Source of the DNA: an uncultured Acidobacteriota bacterium
GTDB taxonomy: Bacteria > Acidobacteriota > Terriglobia > Acidiferrales > UBA7541
Direction of reading: 5' to 3'
Assembly (NCBI GenBank): GCA_963729815.1
Contig: CAVSPU010000001.1
Span: forward strand, 247,075-271,074
DNA: 24,000 bases
The position numbers were made by a program, and so were the translations under genes. Positions 1 to 10,873 of the stretch are shown in pieces; the stretch's first letter is position 1, and each line of letters opens with the position of its first letter. Under the pieces are notes generated by a model. It saw only the letters and a program-made list of their open reading frames with translations. It did not search any database and was not told the DNA's origin.

Positions 1-246
1 ATCGCCGGTTCCGTCGAGGTGCGTGTGAACAGCTCGCATCATCAGTCGGTTCGGGAACCGGGCAAGAATCTGCGTGTCACCGGGCGCGCACCTGATGGTG
101 TGGTCGAAGCGGTGGAATGGACCGGCGATGCGAATTGGGTCGTTGGTGTGCAATGGCATCCGGAGCGAATGACGGACGACGCGCTGGCGCAGGGACTGTT
201 TCGCGAATTGGTAGCGGCGGCGCGCGGCGTAACGGTTCGCGGTTAA
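1..246 (+). CDS. Peptidase C26 / class-I glutamine amidotransferase-like hydrolase (gamma-glutamyl-GABA hydrolase family), C-terminal fragment; 5' end outside window
   Basis: Frame 1 is open from base 1 (IAGSVEVRVNSSHHQSV...). The tail carries SSHHQ and VQWHPE(R) motifs typical of the His/Glu part of the GATase1/C26 catalytic triad. Stop TAA at 244-246. Confidence 0.7.
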   Translation: MAGSVEVRVNSSHHQSVREPGKNLRVTGRAPDGVVEAVEWTGDANWVVGVQWHPERMTDDALAQGLFRELVAAARGVTVRG

Positions 247-323
247 TTTCAGCGCCAAAGACAGGAAGTTGATCCTTTCGCAATATCGTAAGGCTGAATT
301 CTAAGAATTCACTTGGGAGAACC

Positions 324-1088
324 ATGATTTCTCTGGCGGGAAAGGCAGCGCTCATCACCGGCGGATCGCGGGGCATCGGTGCGGCGGCGGTTCGGAGCTT
401 TGCGCAGGCCGGCGCGGATGTGGTGTTCAATTATCACCGAAACCGGGACGCTGCGGAGCAGTTGGAACAGGACGCGCGCAAACACGGCACGCGCGTTGAA
501 TCCTTCAAGGCCGACCTCGGAAAAATGGCGGAGGCGAAAAATCTCGTCGAATTCGCGCGCGACCGGCTGGGCCGGCTGGACATCCTCGTGGCGAATGCGG
601 GCATCTGGAATGCAGAGGATGTTTCGATTGCGAAGTTGTCGGAGCGCGAATGGGACGAGATGATGCGAGTCAATTTGAAGAGCGTTTACGCCGTGATCCA
701 TTATGCCGTCCCCCACATGATCGCCCAGAAAAGCGGCCGGATCATTGCGATCAGTTCCACCGCTGGCCAGCGCGGTGAATCCTTTCACTCCCACTATGGC
801 GCATCGAAGGGCGGAATCATCAGCCTCGTAAAAAGCTTGGCCACCGAGCTGGGGCGCCATAACATCCTTGTGAATTGTGTTGCCCCTGGTTGGGTGGACA
901 CGGAAATGTCTGAGTCTGTGTTGCACACGAAAAAGGGTTTGAAATTCGCGACCAGCGTGATTCCGCTGGGCCGCGTAGCGAAGGCCGAAGAAATCGCCGG
1001 GCCGATTTTGTTTCTCGCTTCTGACCTTGCCACATTTATCACCGGAGAGATATTGAACGTAAACGGAGGCGCAGTCCTGTGCGGTTGA
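324..1088 (+). CDS. Short-chain dehydrogenase/reductase, 3-oxoacyl-ACP reductase (FabG)-like
   Basis: 254 aa. N-terminal TGGSRGIG dinucleotide-binding motif, NAG, catalytic S...YGASK (Tyr-x3-Lys) and PGWVDT. GGAG Shine-Dalgarno 4 nt upstream of ATG 324. Confidence 0.9.
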   Translation: MISLAGKAALITGGSRGIGAAAVRSFAQAGADVVFNYHRNRDAAEQLEQDARKHGTRVESFKADLGKMAEAKNLVEFARDRLGRLDILVANAGIWNAEDVSIAKLSEREWDEMMRVNLKSVYAVIHYAVPHMIAQKSGRIIAISSTAGQRGESFHSHYGASKGGIISLVKSLATELGRHNILVNCVAPGWVDTEMSESVLHTKKGLKFATSVIPLGRVAKAEEIAGPILFLASDLATFITGEILNVNGGAVLCG

Positions 1089-1951
1089 CGCATCGCCCGC
1101 TTTCCATATTGGCGATTTCCGCGGCGATTGCGTGCGCGGCCTGCGCGCCCGTGTGGGCGCAGGATGACGCGCAAATCCTGATGCCCGAGCAGAGCGCCGC
1201 GAAAGCCAAGCAATTGCTTCAGCAGACAATTCAGGCTTTGGGAGGAAACGCGTACCTGGACGTGAAAGACTCATCGTGCATGGGTTGGCTGGGTGAATTC
1301 GGCCACTCCGGCGCGCTACAGTCGTACGACAGGTTCTGGGATTTCGTGAAGTTTCCCGACAAGGACCGCACCGAGTTCTCCAAGAAGCGCAACATCATCC
1401 AAATTTTCAACGGCAATCAGGGCTGGGTGCTCGATCGGGGAGGTGTCAGTGACGCGGACGCCAGCCAGATCAAGGACAATGAGAATCAGTTGGAAATGGA
1501 CCTGGATAATATTCTGCGATTTCGCATGAAAGATCCGGGCATGATTTTTCGCTACGATGGACCCGATGTCGTGGACTTGAAAGAGGCAGACTGGGTTGAA
1601 CTCGACGACCCTCAGGGCCACGAAATTCGCATCGCCATCGGCCGCTTGGATCATTTGCCGATTCGCAAGGAAGTGGCCATGCGCGATCCCATAACGCACA
1701 TGCGCACGGAAGAAGTGGATTACTATTCGAATTTCCATCCCATCGATGGCGTCATGATGTATTTCGACCAGACGCACGTCCGTAATGGACTTAAGACGTT
1801 TACCGTTTCTTACATTCCGGATGGCTGTAAATTCAATACCGGCCTTCAGGATGCCTTCTTCACCAAAGCATCGCTGGACGAGCGCTGGGCAAAGGTCGGC
1901 AAGAAGGGTAAGAAGGACAAGACCAAAGAAAAAGACGCCTCAGGACCGTAG
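1079..1951 (+). CDS. Secreted hypothetical protein with a Lys-rich C-terminal tail
   Basis: 290-aa ORF with a clean signal peptide ([30 protein letters not shown]). Start is GTG 1079 or TTG 1085 and overlaps the SDR stop (TGA 1086-1088), suggesting translational coupling. No family recognised by eye. Confidence 0.6.
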   Translation: MRLTHRPLSILAISAAIACAACAPVWAQDDAQILMPEQSAAKAKQLLQQTIQALGGNAYLDVKDSSCMGWLGEFGHSGALQSYDRFWDFVKFPDKDRTEFSKKRNIIQIFNGNQGWVLDRGGVSDADASQIKDNENQLEMDLDNILRFRMKDPGMIFRYDGPDVVDLKEADWVELDDPQGHEIRIAIGRLDHLPIRKEVAMRDPITHMRTEEVDYYSNFHPIDGVMMYFDQTHVRNGLKTFTVSYIPDGCKFNTGLQDAFFTKASLDERWAKVGKKGKKDKTKEKDASGP

Positions 1952-2049
1952 AAAAAGCCTTTCCGCGTTCGATTTTCAACAGCCAATATCGTCACTTGGA
2001 TTCTAATCCCCACGCACATACGTTTTTCGTTTCAGGGCGAATGCCGGGG

Positions 2050-2055
2050 TATAAT
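2050..2055 (+). promoter_or_regulatory. Candidate -10 box (perfect TATAAT) upstream of hslV
   Basis: A perfect TATAAT in otherwise GC-rich DNA lies 7 nt before in-frame ATG 2062 and 13 nt before ATG 2068. The -35 region (TTCGTT/TCGTTT) is weak. Acidobacterial promoter rules are poorly known. Confidence 0.25.
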
Positions 2056-2067
2056 CGCAGGATGCCA

Positions 2068-2613
2068 ATGAAGCGCAGAAAGCCACTGATACGCAGCACG
2101 ACGGTACTGTGCGTGCGAAAGGATAGCCACGTCGTGATGGCTGGCGACGGGCAGGTGACGCTCGGCGAAGGCGTCGTGAAGCACAATGCCAAGAAAATTC
2201 GGCGGCTGTTCAGCGATAAAATTCTGGCGGGATTTGCAGGAAGCACCGCGGATGCGCTTTCGCTTTTCACGCGATTTGAAAATAAACTGCAGGAATATCA
2301 CGGCAATCTGGCGCGCGCGGCCGTGGAACTGTCCAAGGAATGGCGTACAGACCGCTCTCTGAGACATTTGGAAGCGCTTCTCATCGTCGCGGACGCAAAA
2401 TCCACATTCCTGCTTTCCGGCAATGGCGACGTCATCGAACCGGATGACGGCATCTGCGCCATTGGTTCGGGCGGGCCTTACGCTCTCTCAGCGGCTCGCG
2501 CTCTGTCAAAGCACACAAAAATGAGCGCCAAGGATATCGCGCAGGAAGCCATGCGCATCGCGAGCGAAATCTGCATTTTCACCAATGCGAATTTCACCAT
2601 CGAGGAATTGTAA
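2068..2613 (+). CDS. hslV: ATP-dependent protease subunit HslV (ClpQ)
   Basis: Colinear by eye with E. coli HslV: [23 protein letters not shown]..., [23 protein letters not shown], and ending ...FTIEEL. Start is ambiguous (in-frame ATGs at 1996, 2041, 2062, 2068). I chose 2068 because an AGGA lies 6 nt upstream. Confidence 0.9.
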   Translation: MKRRKPLIRSTTVLCVRKDSHVVMAGDGQVTLGEGVVKHNAKKIRRLFSDKILAGFAGSTADALSLFTRFENKLQEYHGNLARAAVELSKEWRTDRSLRHLEALLIVADAKSTFLLSGNGDVIEPDDGICAIGSGGPYALSAARALSKHTKMSAKDIAQEAMRIASEICIFTNANFTIEEL

Positions 2614-2664
2614 GTGACAGGCAAGCGAGGGGCTGTGAGTGAGAAGGGCAAGGATGAAAAGAAC

Positions 2665-4080
<1,416 letters not shown>

Positions 4081-4098
4081 AGAGCGCGAATTTCGCCA

Positions 4099-5316
4099 AT
4101 GGGAATTCGAAACTCGGAAAAACTCTCGAGAGCGTCCGTTTCCGGGGCTCTCGTCTGGCAAAGTTGGGCGGTTCCGGCCACGATTTTCTGCGTGGCCCTA
4201 TGCCTCGCGGGATGCGCTGCGCCGGGCGTGCCGATCACGCGCCGCCCTGCCGCAGCGAAAGCGATCACCGATCTTGCTGTGCACCAGGAGGGAAATGGAG
4301 TGGTCCTGACGTTCACGCTGCCCAAGGAGACCCTTCAGGGGAAACTGCTGGCCAAACCACCGGAAATTGAAATTTATCGCGCCTTTTCGCCAGCCAGCGT
4401 TTCTCTGGCATCCGCGCAGGAGATCTTCGGCGCAGGAGCGAAAAGCCCCGCGCTCGAGATTCCTTCGCAAATGGTCGCCCAGTATCGTGTGGGGAATCAA
4501 TTCCAGTTTCGCGACGCCTTGACGCCCGCCGATGTTTCCACACATGCCGGCGAAAATGCCATCTACATGGTCCGCGCGCGCATTTCCCGACATGATTCGG
4601 CGGATTCAAACCTCACGGCTGTTCCGATTTTTCCGGCCCCTCTGCCAATTCAGGACTTGCGCGCGGAGGTCACGCAGTCGGCGATCAAACTTTCCTGGAC
4701 AACGCCGCCGCTTCCTTCAGCTGGCGCTCTGCAGTCCAGCTCAATTGGCTACCGGATATTCCGGTCGAGCAATGTCGCGAATTCGCCTGCGAACGCCTCG
4801 CCAACCGGCGCGAATGCGCAAAGCGTTGCGGGATCGCCTTCTTTCCGGCAAATAGCCGAAACGGCGTCATCCTCATACAGCGACACCGATTTTAAATTCG
4901 GCGAGACGTATGCGTATTACGTCGTCAGCGTGGCGCAATTCGAAAAGGCCTCCGTCGAATCGGAGGAATCGGCAATCATCGTGGTTACTCCGCGTGACAC
5001 GTTCGCTCCCCAGGCGCCGCAAGGGCTTGTTGCTGCCCTCGTGTCAGCGGCGGATTCCAACGCGCCGGAAATCGATCTGTCGTGGGCAATTTCGGAAGAA
5101 AGCGGCGTTGCGGGCTACAATGTATACCGCAGCGTTGCCGAAGACGCTCCGGGGACTCGCCTGAATGGCAGTCTATTGCTTACCCCAATTTTTCGTGATA
5201 TTTCAGCATCATCGGGACATAAGTATTTCTATCGCGTCACGGCGGTGGATGGCTCCGGGAATGAAAGCGCTCCCAGCGCTCCGGTGGCTGTAACTGTTCC
5301 GGCAACGAACAAATAG
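4099..5316 (+). CDS. Lipoprotein with fibronectin type III-like repeats
   Basis: 405 aa with a lipobox L-A-G-C after a hydrophobic stretch (..IFCVALCLAGCAAPG). Two or three Fn3-like modules are present (YRIFRS...YAYYVVSV; GYNVYRS...YFYRVTAVDGSGNESAPS). It starts 18 nt after the hslU stop. Confidence 0.6.
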   Translation: MGIRNSEKLSRASVSGALVWQSWAVPATIFCVALCLAGCAAPGVPITRRPAAAKAITDLAVHQEGNGVVLTFTLPKETLQGKLLAKPPEIEIYRAFSPASVSLASAQEIFGAGAKSPALEIPSQMVAQYRVGNQFQFRDALTPADVSTHAGENAIYMVRARISRHDSADSNLTAVPIFPAPLPIQDLRAEVTQSAIKLSWTTPPLPSAGALQSSSIGYRIFRSSNVANSPANASPTGANAQSVAGSPSFRQIAETASSSYSDTDFKFGETYAYYVVSVAQFEKASVESEESAIIVVTPRDTFAPQAPQGLVAALVSAADSNAPEIDLSWAISEESGVAGYNVYRSVAEDAPGTRLNGSLLLTPIFRDISASSGHKYFYRVTAVDGSGNESAPSAPVAVTVPATNK

Positions 5317-5321
5317 GAGAA

Positions 5322-6167
5322 ATGATGGGCCAGCCCGCGCCGCTGCTGGACGGGCAATCCCCATCGCCGCCGATGAAACTTTGCCGTTTCCAACTCTTAG
5401 ATTCGCAACATCACGCGCAATCGCGCACCGTTGCTCCCGCGCATTTCGGAGCCATCGAAGGCGAACAAGTGTTTGAGATCTCGAGTGTGTACGAGCCGCG
5501 GCAAAGGACTGGGAAAAACTGGCCCTTGGCGAGCGTGAAGCTTCTGCCGCCCTCCGAGCCTTCTAAAATTGTCTGCGTGGGAAGAAACTACGCCGAACAC
5601 GCGGCGGAACTCGGCAATAGTGTCCCCAAGGAGCCGCTCATTTTCTTGAAGCCCCCTTCGGCGATCATCGCGCCCGAAGATCCGATCATTCTCACGCCGC
5701 TTTCGGAGCGCGTCGATCATGAAGGTGAACTCGCCATCGTCATCGGCAAACGCTGCGCCCGGCTGAAGCCTTCTGATGATGTGCGCCCCTATGTTCTCGG
5801 TTATACGTGCTTGAACGACGTCACGGCCCGTGACTTGCAAAAAAAAGATGTGCAGTTTACGCGCGCGAAAGGCTTCGATACGTTCTGCCCCTTCGGTCCG
5901 GTGATTGAAACCGAGCTCGATTTATCCACGGCGACGGTGGAAACCTTTGTTAACAAAAAGAAACGCCAGTCCGCGCGCATCGCGGAAATGATTTTTCCCG
6001 TCGATGTTATAATTCGATGGATTTCGCAGGTCATGACGCTCCTGCCCGGCGACGTGATTGCCACAGGGACTCCTTCGGGTGTCGGGCCGCTCGTCGCGGG
6101 TGATGTGGTCGAAGTCAGCGTCAGCGGCATTGGCACGTTGAGGAATAGGGTAGTCGCGGCTGATTGA
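5322..6167 (+). CDS. Fumarylacetoacetate hydrolase (FAH) family protein (FAHD1/YcgM-like hydratase/decarboxylase)
   Basis: Typical FAH-fold core: KIVCVGRNYAEHAAE, DHEGELAIVIGK, CLNDVTARDLQ, KGFDTFCPFGP, LLPGDVIATGTPSGVG. AGGAG at 5315-5319 precedes ATG 5322/5325. ATG 5373 (MKLCRF...) is an alternative start. Confidence 0.85.
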   Translation: MMGQPAPLLDGQSPSPPMKLCRFQLLDSQHHAQSRTVAPAHFGAIEGEQVFEISSVYEPRQRTGKNWPLASVKLLPPSEPSKIVCVGRNYAEHAAELGNSVPKEPLIFLKPPSAIIAPEDPIILTPLSERVDHEGELAIVIGKRCARLKPSDDVRPYVLGYTCLNDVTARDLQKKDVQFTRAKGFDTFCPFGPVIETELDLSTATVETFVNKKKRQSARIAEMIFPVDVIIRWISQVMTLLPGDVIATGTPSGVGPLVAGDVVEVSVSGIGTLRNRVVAAD

Positions 6168-6256
6168 TCGGCCAGTGCGGATTCCTGGATTGAGATTGCG
6201 AAAGTCATGCGCCGCTCTCGGCGACGTCGTCCGATGGCAGCAGGAAAAGCCGCTCG

Positions 6257-6724
6257 GTGCAAAGGCATTCATTGAAACACCTGATAGCAGATTGGCATGA
6301 AATTGCTTATGTGCTCGTCGCCGCATTGGTGATTGCGGCAGCGGCGGCTGCTTTAAAGTTCGGGCGTGGGAAAGATTCGGCGGAACTTGAACGCGAGCGG
6401 CGCACTTACTTGAACCGTGTCGGCCGCATCGTCGATGGCCAGGTTCTGGAGATTGTGGAAAGGCCTTCGGAGCCCGAGGGCGCCTCGACTGCCGTCCTCT
6501 TGGGCAAGCGCAATCGGAAAACGAATTCCGGGAATCACAAGCTGCTCCTTTACACCTATTCGATTTCCGGCGTCACGTATGAAGCGGCGCAGGACATTTC
6601 CGGCCTCGAAGAACGCGCCTGCCTCGAACGCGTTGTGGCCGGCCAGCCGGTGGGCGTGAAGTACGATCCTGCGAATCCCGGCAATTCAATCCTGGTCGCG
6701 GATGATTGGTCCGGGTTGGGCTAA
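6257..6724 (+). CDS. Hypothetical membrane-anchored protein (DUF3592-like pattern)
   Basis: GTG start and one N-terminal TM helix (IAYVLVAALVIAAAAAAL). This is followed by a beta-rich region with the G.V....YTYSISGVTYEA....V.YDPANP pattern I associate with DUF3592. The family call is from memory only. Confidence 0.5.
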   Translation: MQRHSLKHLIADWHEIAYVLVAALVIAAAAAALKFGRGKDSAELERERRTYLNRVGRIVDGQVLEIVERPSEPEGASTAVLLGKRNRKTNSGNHKLLLYTYSISGVTYEAAQDISGLEERACLERVVAGQPVGVKYDPANPGNSILVADDWSGLG

Positions 6725-6786
6725 AAAGACATCCTGGCGCGACTCAGTTCCCGAAACAATCGCGAAGCGATCACAAATCAATCACA

Positions 6787-7041
6787 ATGACAAATGACTT
6801 ACCGCCGCTTTCCCTGCAGCAAATTGGCAAACAATTGTTCTCCGTAGCTTTTGGTATTGCTATTCTTCTCGGCATTGTCGGCCTTCTTCTTTCGGCCACG
6901 CTTCGCATCATCGCGATCGAATCCCCGGCCATTCGCGTTTTTGCCGGGATAGTGGACATCCTGTTTGGAACTACCCTCCTTTTGCTTGCGATGCACTTCA
7001 CACTGCGCACATTTGTACTTCTCGCCGGCAAGCCAGAATAA
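6787..7041 (+). CDS. Small hypothetical membrane protein (2 TM)
   Basis: 84 aa from ATG 6787 with two clear hydrophobic helices (LFSVAFGIAILLGIVGLLLSA; FAGIVDILFGTTLLLLAMHF). The upstream part of the 111-aa track ORF looks non-coding. No homology recognised. Confidence 0.4.
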   Translation: MTNDLPPLSLQQIGKQLFSVAFGIAILLGIVGLLLSATLRIIAIESPAIRVFAGIVDILFGTTLLLLAMHFTLRTFVLLAGKPE

Positions 7042-7098
7042 TTTTCTCGAACGCCGCTTGCCGCGCCCGCCCGGCTGTGGCACGCTAACTCTCCGGCC

Positions 7099-8667
7099 AT
7101 GGACACAAAAAAACAGCATCACGACCCCCTGGACGAGTTGCAACGGCGCAGCGCCGAGGCGGAAGCCGGCGGTGGCGCCGCGCGGCGTGAGCGCGAGCAC
7201 AAAGAAGGCAAGCTGAGCGCGCGAGAACGAATCGAATTGCTCCTGGATGAAGGCACGTTCGAAGAACTCGACAAGTTCGTCAAGCATCGCGGCACGGATT
7301 TCGGCATGGCCGAGCAGCGGCCCTCGGGCGACGGCTTCGTTTCCGGCTTTGGCCGCATCGATGGCCGCCTGGTTTACGTATTCGCGCAGGATTTCACCGT
7401 TTTCGGCGGATCGCTTTCCGAGTCCAACGCCGGGAAAATCACGAAAATCATGAAGCTGGCCATGAACAATGGCGCGCCCGTCATCGGCTTGAATGATTCC
7501 GGCGGTGCGCGCATCCAGGAAGGCGTGATGTCGCTAGCAGGCTACGCGGATATTTTTCTGCTCAATACGCTGGCGAGCGGTGTCATTCCGCAAATCAGCG
7601 CTGTGATGGGCCCGTGCGCCGGCGGCGCGGTCTATTCCCCGGCCATCACCGATTTCATTTTCATGACCGAAAAAACCTCCTATATGTTCGTCACCGGCCC
7701 TGACGTCATCAAAACCGTCACGCACGAGGAAGTCACCAAGCACGAACTGGGCGGCGCCATGACGCATAACGCCAAGAGCGGCGTCGCGCACTTCGTCGCT
7801 CATGACGATAAAGAATGCCTCGCGATGATGCGCGAGCTTCTCGGTTTCTTGCCGTCGAATAATCTCGATGATCCCCCACGACGTGCCACCAGCGACCCCA
7901 GCGATCGCGCGGACGCGGCCCTGAAATCGATCGTGCCCGAAGATCCGATGCAGCCCTATGACATAAAGGGCGTGATTCATGCCATCGTCGACGACAAGGA
8001 TTTTTTCGAGGTGCATGAGCATTTCGCAAAAAACATCGTCGTTGGCTTCGCGCGCCTCGCTGGCCTGCCTGTTGGAATCGTCGCCAATCAACCCGCGTTT
8101 TTGGCCGGCGTGCTGGACATCAACGCGTCGGTCAAGGGCGCGCGATTCGTCCGTTTTTGCGACGCATTCAACATTCCGCTCATCACCTTCGAGGACGTGC
8201 CGGGTTTCTTGCCCGGCACGCAGCAGGAATTTGGCGGCATCATCAAGCACGGCGCGAAATTACTTTTCGCGTTCGCCGAGGCCACCGTCCCGAAAATCAC
8301 GGTGATTACGCGCAAGGCCTATGGCGGCGCGTATTGCGTGATGTCCTCGAAGCACATCCGCACCGACATCAATTTCGCCTGGCCCACAGCGGAAATCGCC
8401 GTGATGGGCCCCGAAGGCGCGGTCAACATCGTCTATCGGCGCGAAATAGAGCAGGCACCGGAATCCGATCGCGCGCGCCTGCGCCAGGAGAAAGTCGCCG
8501 AGTTCCGCGAGCGTTTTGCAAATCCCTATGTTGCGGCCGAGCGCGGTTATATCGACGCCGTCATCAAGCCTTCCGAGACGCGCTCGAAGCTGATCACCGC
8601 GCTGCGCTCACTCGAAAATAAACGGGACACGAATCCGCGGAAGAAACATGGGAACATTCCGCTTTGA
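7099..8667 (+). CDS. Acyl-CoA carboxylase carboxyltransferase (beta) subunit, propionyl-CoA carboxylase beta / methylmalonyl-CoA carboxyltransferase 12S-like
   Basis: 522 aa with hallmark carboxyltransferase-fold stretches: [84 protein letters not shown]. Confidence 0.9.
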   Translation: MDTKKQHHDPLDELQRRSAEAEAGGGAARREREHKEGKLSARERIELLLDEGTFEELDKFVKHRGTDFGMAEQRPSGDGFVSGFGRIDGRLVYVFAQDFTVFGGSLSESNAGKITKIMKLAMNNGAPVIGLNDSGGARIQEGVMSLAGYADIFLLNTLASGVIPQISAVMGPCAGGAVYSPAITDFIFMTEKTSYMFVTGPDVIKTVTHEEVTKHELGGAMTHNAKSGVAHFVAHDDKECLAMMRELLGFLPSNNLDDPPRRATSDPSDRADAALKSIVPEDPMQPYDIKGVIHAIVDDKDFFEVHEHFAKNIVVGFARLAGLPVGIVANQPAFLAGVLDINASVKGARFVRFCDAFNIPLITFEDVPGFLPGTQQEFGGIIKHGAKLLFAFAEATVPKITVITRKAYGGAYCVMSSKHIRTDINFAWPTAEIAVMGPEGAVNIVYRREIEQAPESDRARLRQEKVAEFRERFANPYVAAERGYIDAVIKPSETRSKLITALRSLENKRDTNPRKKHGNIPL

Positions 8668-8676
8668 TGCAGTTGT

Positions 8677-8695
8677 GCGGAGGCATTTCCTCCGC
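8677..8695 (+). promoter_or_regulatory. Intercistronic stem-loop (GCGGAGG-CATTT-CCTCCGC) between the carboxyltransferase and biotin carboxylase genes
   Basis: Perfect 7-bp GC-rich stem with a 5-nt loop, 10 nt after the stop codon and with no following U-tract. It could be an mRNA processing or stability element, or nothing. Confidence 0.25.
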
Positions 8696-8744
8696 GCTCT
8701 ACAGAATACGAACGTCGGCGCTGGAGTTTTTTCGGGTCTAGAGC

Positions 8745-10289
8745 ATGTTCAAGAAAATTCTGATCGCCAATCGCGGTGAAATTGCCGTACGCATCCTGCG
8801 CGCCTGCCGTGAAATGGGAATTCCGGCCGTCGTCGTTTACAGCGACGTGGACCGCGCCTCGCTTCATGTTCGCTTGGCGGATGAGGCGTATCGCATCGGT
8901 CCCGCGCCATCGCGCGAAAGCTACCTGGCGATCGACAAAATCATAAGCGTTGCGCGTTCGGCCGGATGCGACGCCTTGCATCCGGGCTACGGATTTCTCG
9001 CCGAGAACCCAAGACTCCCGCGTGTTTGCGCCGACGCAGGCATCACGTTCATCGGGCCCTCGGCCGGCGCAATGGAGCGCCTGGGCTCAAAAACCGCGGC
9101 GCGGCAACTCGCGCGAGAAGCCGGCGTGCCCACGGTTCCCGGAACGCTCAATCCCATCGAGCGAATTGACGAGGCCGCAGAAAAGGCCCGGCAAATTGGC
9201 TTTCCCGTAGTGCTCAAGGCCGTGGCGGGCGGCGGCGGCAAAGGCATGCGCCTGGTCGAACACGAGGAGGAACTCGCGGCCGCTTGGCGCGACGCTGCTT
9301 CCGAAGCGACAAACGCTTTCGGCGACGGCCGGCTGTATCTCGAAAAATTCCTCCTGCATCCACGCCATATCGAAATCCAAATCGTCGCCGACAATCATGG
9401 TCACTTCGTTTATATCGGCGAGCGCGAGTGCTCGGTCCAGCGGCGCTATCAGAAGGTCATCGAAGAAGCGCCCTCGCCGATCATGACGCCCGAATTGCGC
9501 AGTGCCATGGGCGAAGCGGCAATCAGGCTCGCGCGCGCGGGCGGATACACGAACGCGGGCACGCTGGAATTTCTCGTTGACGCCCAGCGCAATTTCTATT
9601 TCCTGGAAATGAACACCCGCCTTCAGGTCGAGCATCCCGTGACGGAACTGGTCGCGTCCGTCGACCTTGTGAACTTGCAAATCGAAATCGCTGCCGGAAG
9701 GCCGCTGCCATTCAGTCAGGAAGACATTCACCTGCGCGGTCATGCGATGGAATGCCGAATCTATGCGGAGGACCCGGAGAATAACTTTTTTCCTTCGCCG
9801 GGGAAAATACTTGATTTGCGCGCTCCATCCGGCCCGGGCATTCGCATGGATGATGGCGTCTACTCCGGCTGGACTGTGCCGACGGACTACGATCCCATGC
9901 TCGGCAAATTGATTGCCTGGGGCAGCGATCGCGCGGAAGCCATTGCGCGGTTGCAGCGCGCGCTCGGCGAGTATTACGCGCGCGGCATCCGGACGAACGT
10001 CGCTCTCTTCCGCCGGATTCTTTCGGAGCCGGAATTCTTGCGCGCTGAAATTCATACGAAATGGCTCGATGAATTGCTAAGTCGCCGGGCAGTAGCGCCT
10101 GCTGAATCCCAGGAGCGCACCGGGCGCGCTGCGCTCGTTGAGGACGCCGCGGCCCTGGCTGCGGCGCTTTGGCACGCGAATCGAGATGGCGCGTCAAGCC
10201 CGCCCGCGAGTGGTTCCAGCGAAAGTCCGTCGAATTGGAAAATCGAGGGCCGGCAGGATCAGTTAGTCGGCCTTCCACGGCGCAAATGA
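8745..10289 (+). CDS. accC: Biotin carboxylase subunit of acyl-CoA carboxylase (AccC-like) with a roughly 60-aa low-complexity C-terminal extension
   Basis: MFKKILIANRGEIAVRILRACRE, ATP-grasp GGGGKGMR, ERECSVQRRYQKVIEE, EMNTRLQVEHPVTE. The TGA stop overlaps the next ATG (ATGA at 10286-10289). Confidence 0.9.
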   Translation: MFKKILIANRGEIAVRILRACREMGIPAVVVYSDVDRASLHVRLADEAYRIGPAPSRESYLAIDKIISVARSAGCDALHPGYGFLAENPRLPRVCADAGITFIGPSAGAMERLGSKTAARQLAREAGVPTVPGTLNPIERIDEAAEKARQIGFPVVLKAVAGGGGKGMRLVEHEEELAAAWRDAASEATNAFGDGRLYLEKFLLHPRHIEIQIVADNHGHFVYIGERECSVQRRYQKVIEEAPSPIMTPELRSAMGEAAIRLARAGGYTNAGTLEFLVDAQRNFYFLEMNTRLQVEHPVTELVASVDLVNLQIEIAAGRPLPFSQEDIHLRGHAMECRIYAEDPENNFFPSPGKILDLRAPSGPGIRMDDGVYSGWTVPTDYDPMLGKLIAWGSDRAEAIARLQRALGEYYARGIRTNVALFRRILSEPEFLRAEIHTKWLDELLSRRAVAPAESQERTGRAALVEDAAALAAALWHANRDGASSPPASGSSESPSNWKIEGRQDQLVGLPRRK

Positions 10290-10783
10290 AACTCAATCTG
10301 AAAATTGGCGGGCGCAATCGAATTGTGGAAATCGAGCGCCGCGACGGAAGAACATGTTTCATCCTCGACGGTCACGAAGTGTCGGCGGACTTGGTCGAAG
10401 TGCAGCCGGGAATTTATTCCGTGCTTATAGGAGGGCAGGCATTCGAGGCAAGCGTCGCCGCCGATTCAGGAAGCTCGCGCGTGAAGATCAGCGGCCGCGA
10501 ATTTCCTTTCGAGATTGCGGACCCGCGCCGCTGGAGCCGCGGCCGCCGCGGAGTGGCCGGAGCGGAAGGGGAACAATCCGTCGCCGCGCCAATGCCGGGA
10601 AAGGTCGTTCGTGTCCTGGTTAAAATTGGAGACGCAGTGGAGATCGGTCAAGGATTGATCGTTGTCGAGGCCATGAAGATGCAGAATGAAATCAAATCAC
10701 CCAAGGCTGGAAAGATTGATCGCCTTGCCGCAAGGGAAGGCCAGGCCGTGAATGCGGGTGATATTCTCGCGGTGATTGCCTGA
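10286..10783 (+). CDS. Biotin carboxyl carrier protein (biotinyl/lipoyl domain) with an N-terminal beta-rich domain
   Basis: 165 aa from ATG 10286. C-terminal biotinyl domain carries the canonical biotinylation motif EAMKMQNEI. The upstream 39 codons of the 204-aa track ORF overlap the accC-like C-terminus and were discarded. Confidence 0.85.
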   Translation: MKLNLKIGGRNRIVEIERRDGRTCFILDGHEVSADLVEVQPGIYSVLIGGQAFEASVAADSGSSRVKISGREFPFEIADPRRWSRGRRGVAGAEGEQSVAAPMPGKVVRVLVKIGDAVEIGQGLIVVEAMKMQNEIKSPKAGKIDRLAAREGQAVNAGDILAVIA

Positions 10784-10873
10784 AGAGCCGGGAAAGAAAG
10801 GACGCGCAGGAAGAACCGCGCAAAAAAAATACGCAACCAAAACAGCCCGCCTCAATCGATGTGATTCGTTCCG

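Noticed and set aside
296-310. GAATTC-TAA-GAATTC (two EcoRI sites forming a small AT-rich hairpin) just upstream of the SDR gene
   Set aside because: The 6-bp AT-rich stem with a 3-nt loop has negligible stability and no supporting context. It is probably chance.
309-1274. 321-aa ORF on the minus strand, antisense to the SDR gene
   Set aside because: It lies fully inside and opposite a gene with unambiguous SDR motifs. The translation is Arg/Ala/Pro-rich with no motifs, which is typical of a GC-rich shadow ORF.
7534-10055. Long antisense ORFs (238 aa at 7534-8250; 322 aa at 9087-10055) opposite the carboxylase genes
   Set aside because: The sense strands encode textbook carboxyltransferase and biotin carboxylase sequences. 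The antisense translations are low-complexity and Arg-rich with no recognisable features.
10169-10285. N-terminal 39-codon extension of the BCCP ORF (204-aa model)
   Set aside because: It overlaps the accC-like C-terminus in another frame, and its translation is Arg/Trp-rich nonsense. ATG 10286 forms an ATGA stop-start overlap and begins a sensible domain.
10784-10873. A8 tract and short GCGC...GCGC pairing in the convergent gap between the BCCP and SurA-like genes, considered as a bidirectional terminator
   Set aside because: The stem is only 4 bp. The T-tract on the minus strand precedes the stem instead of following it, so it does not fit an intrinsic terminator on either strand.
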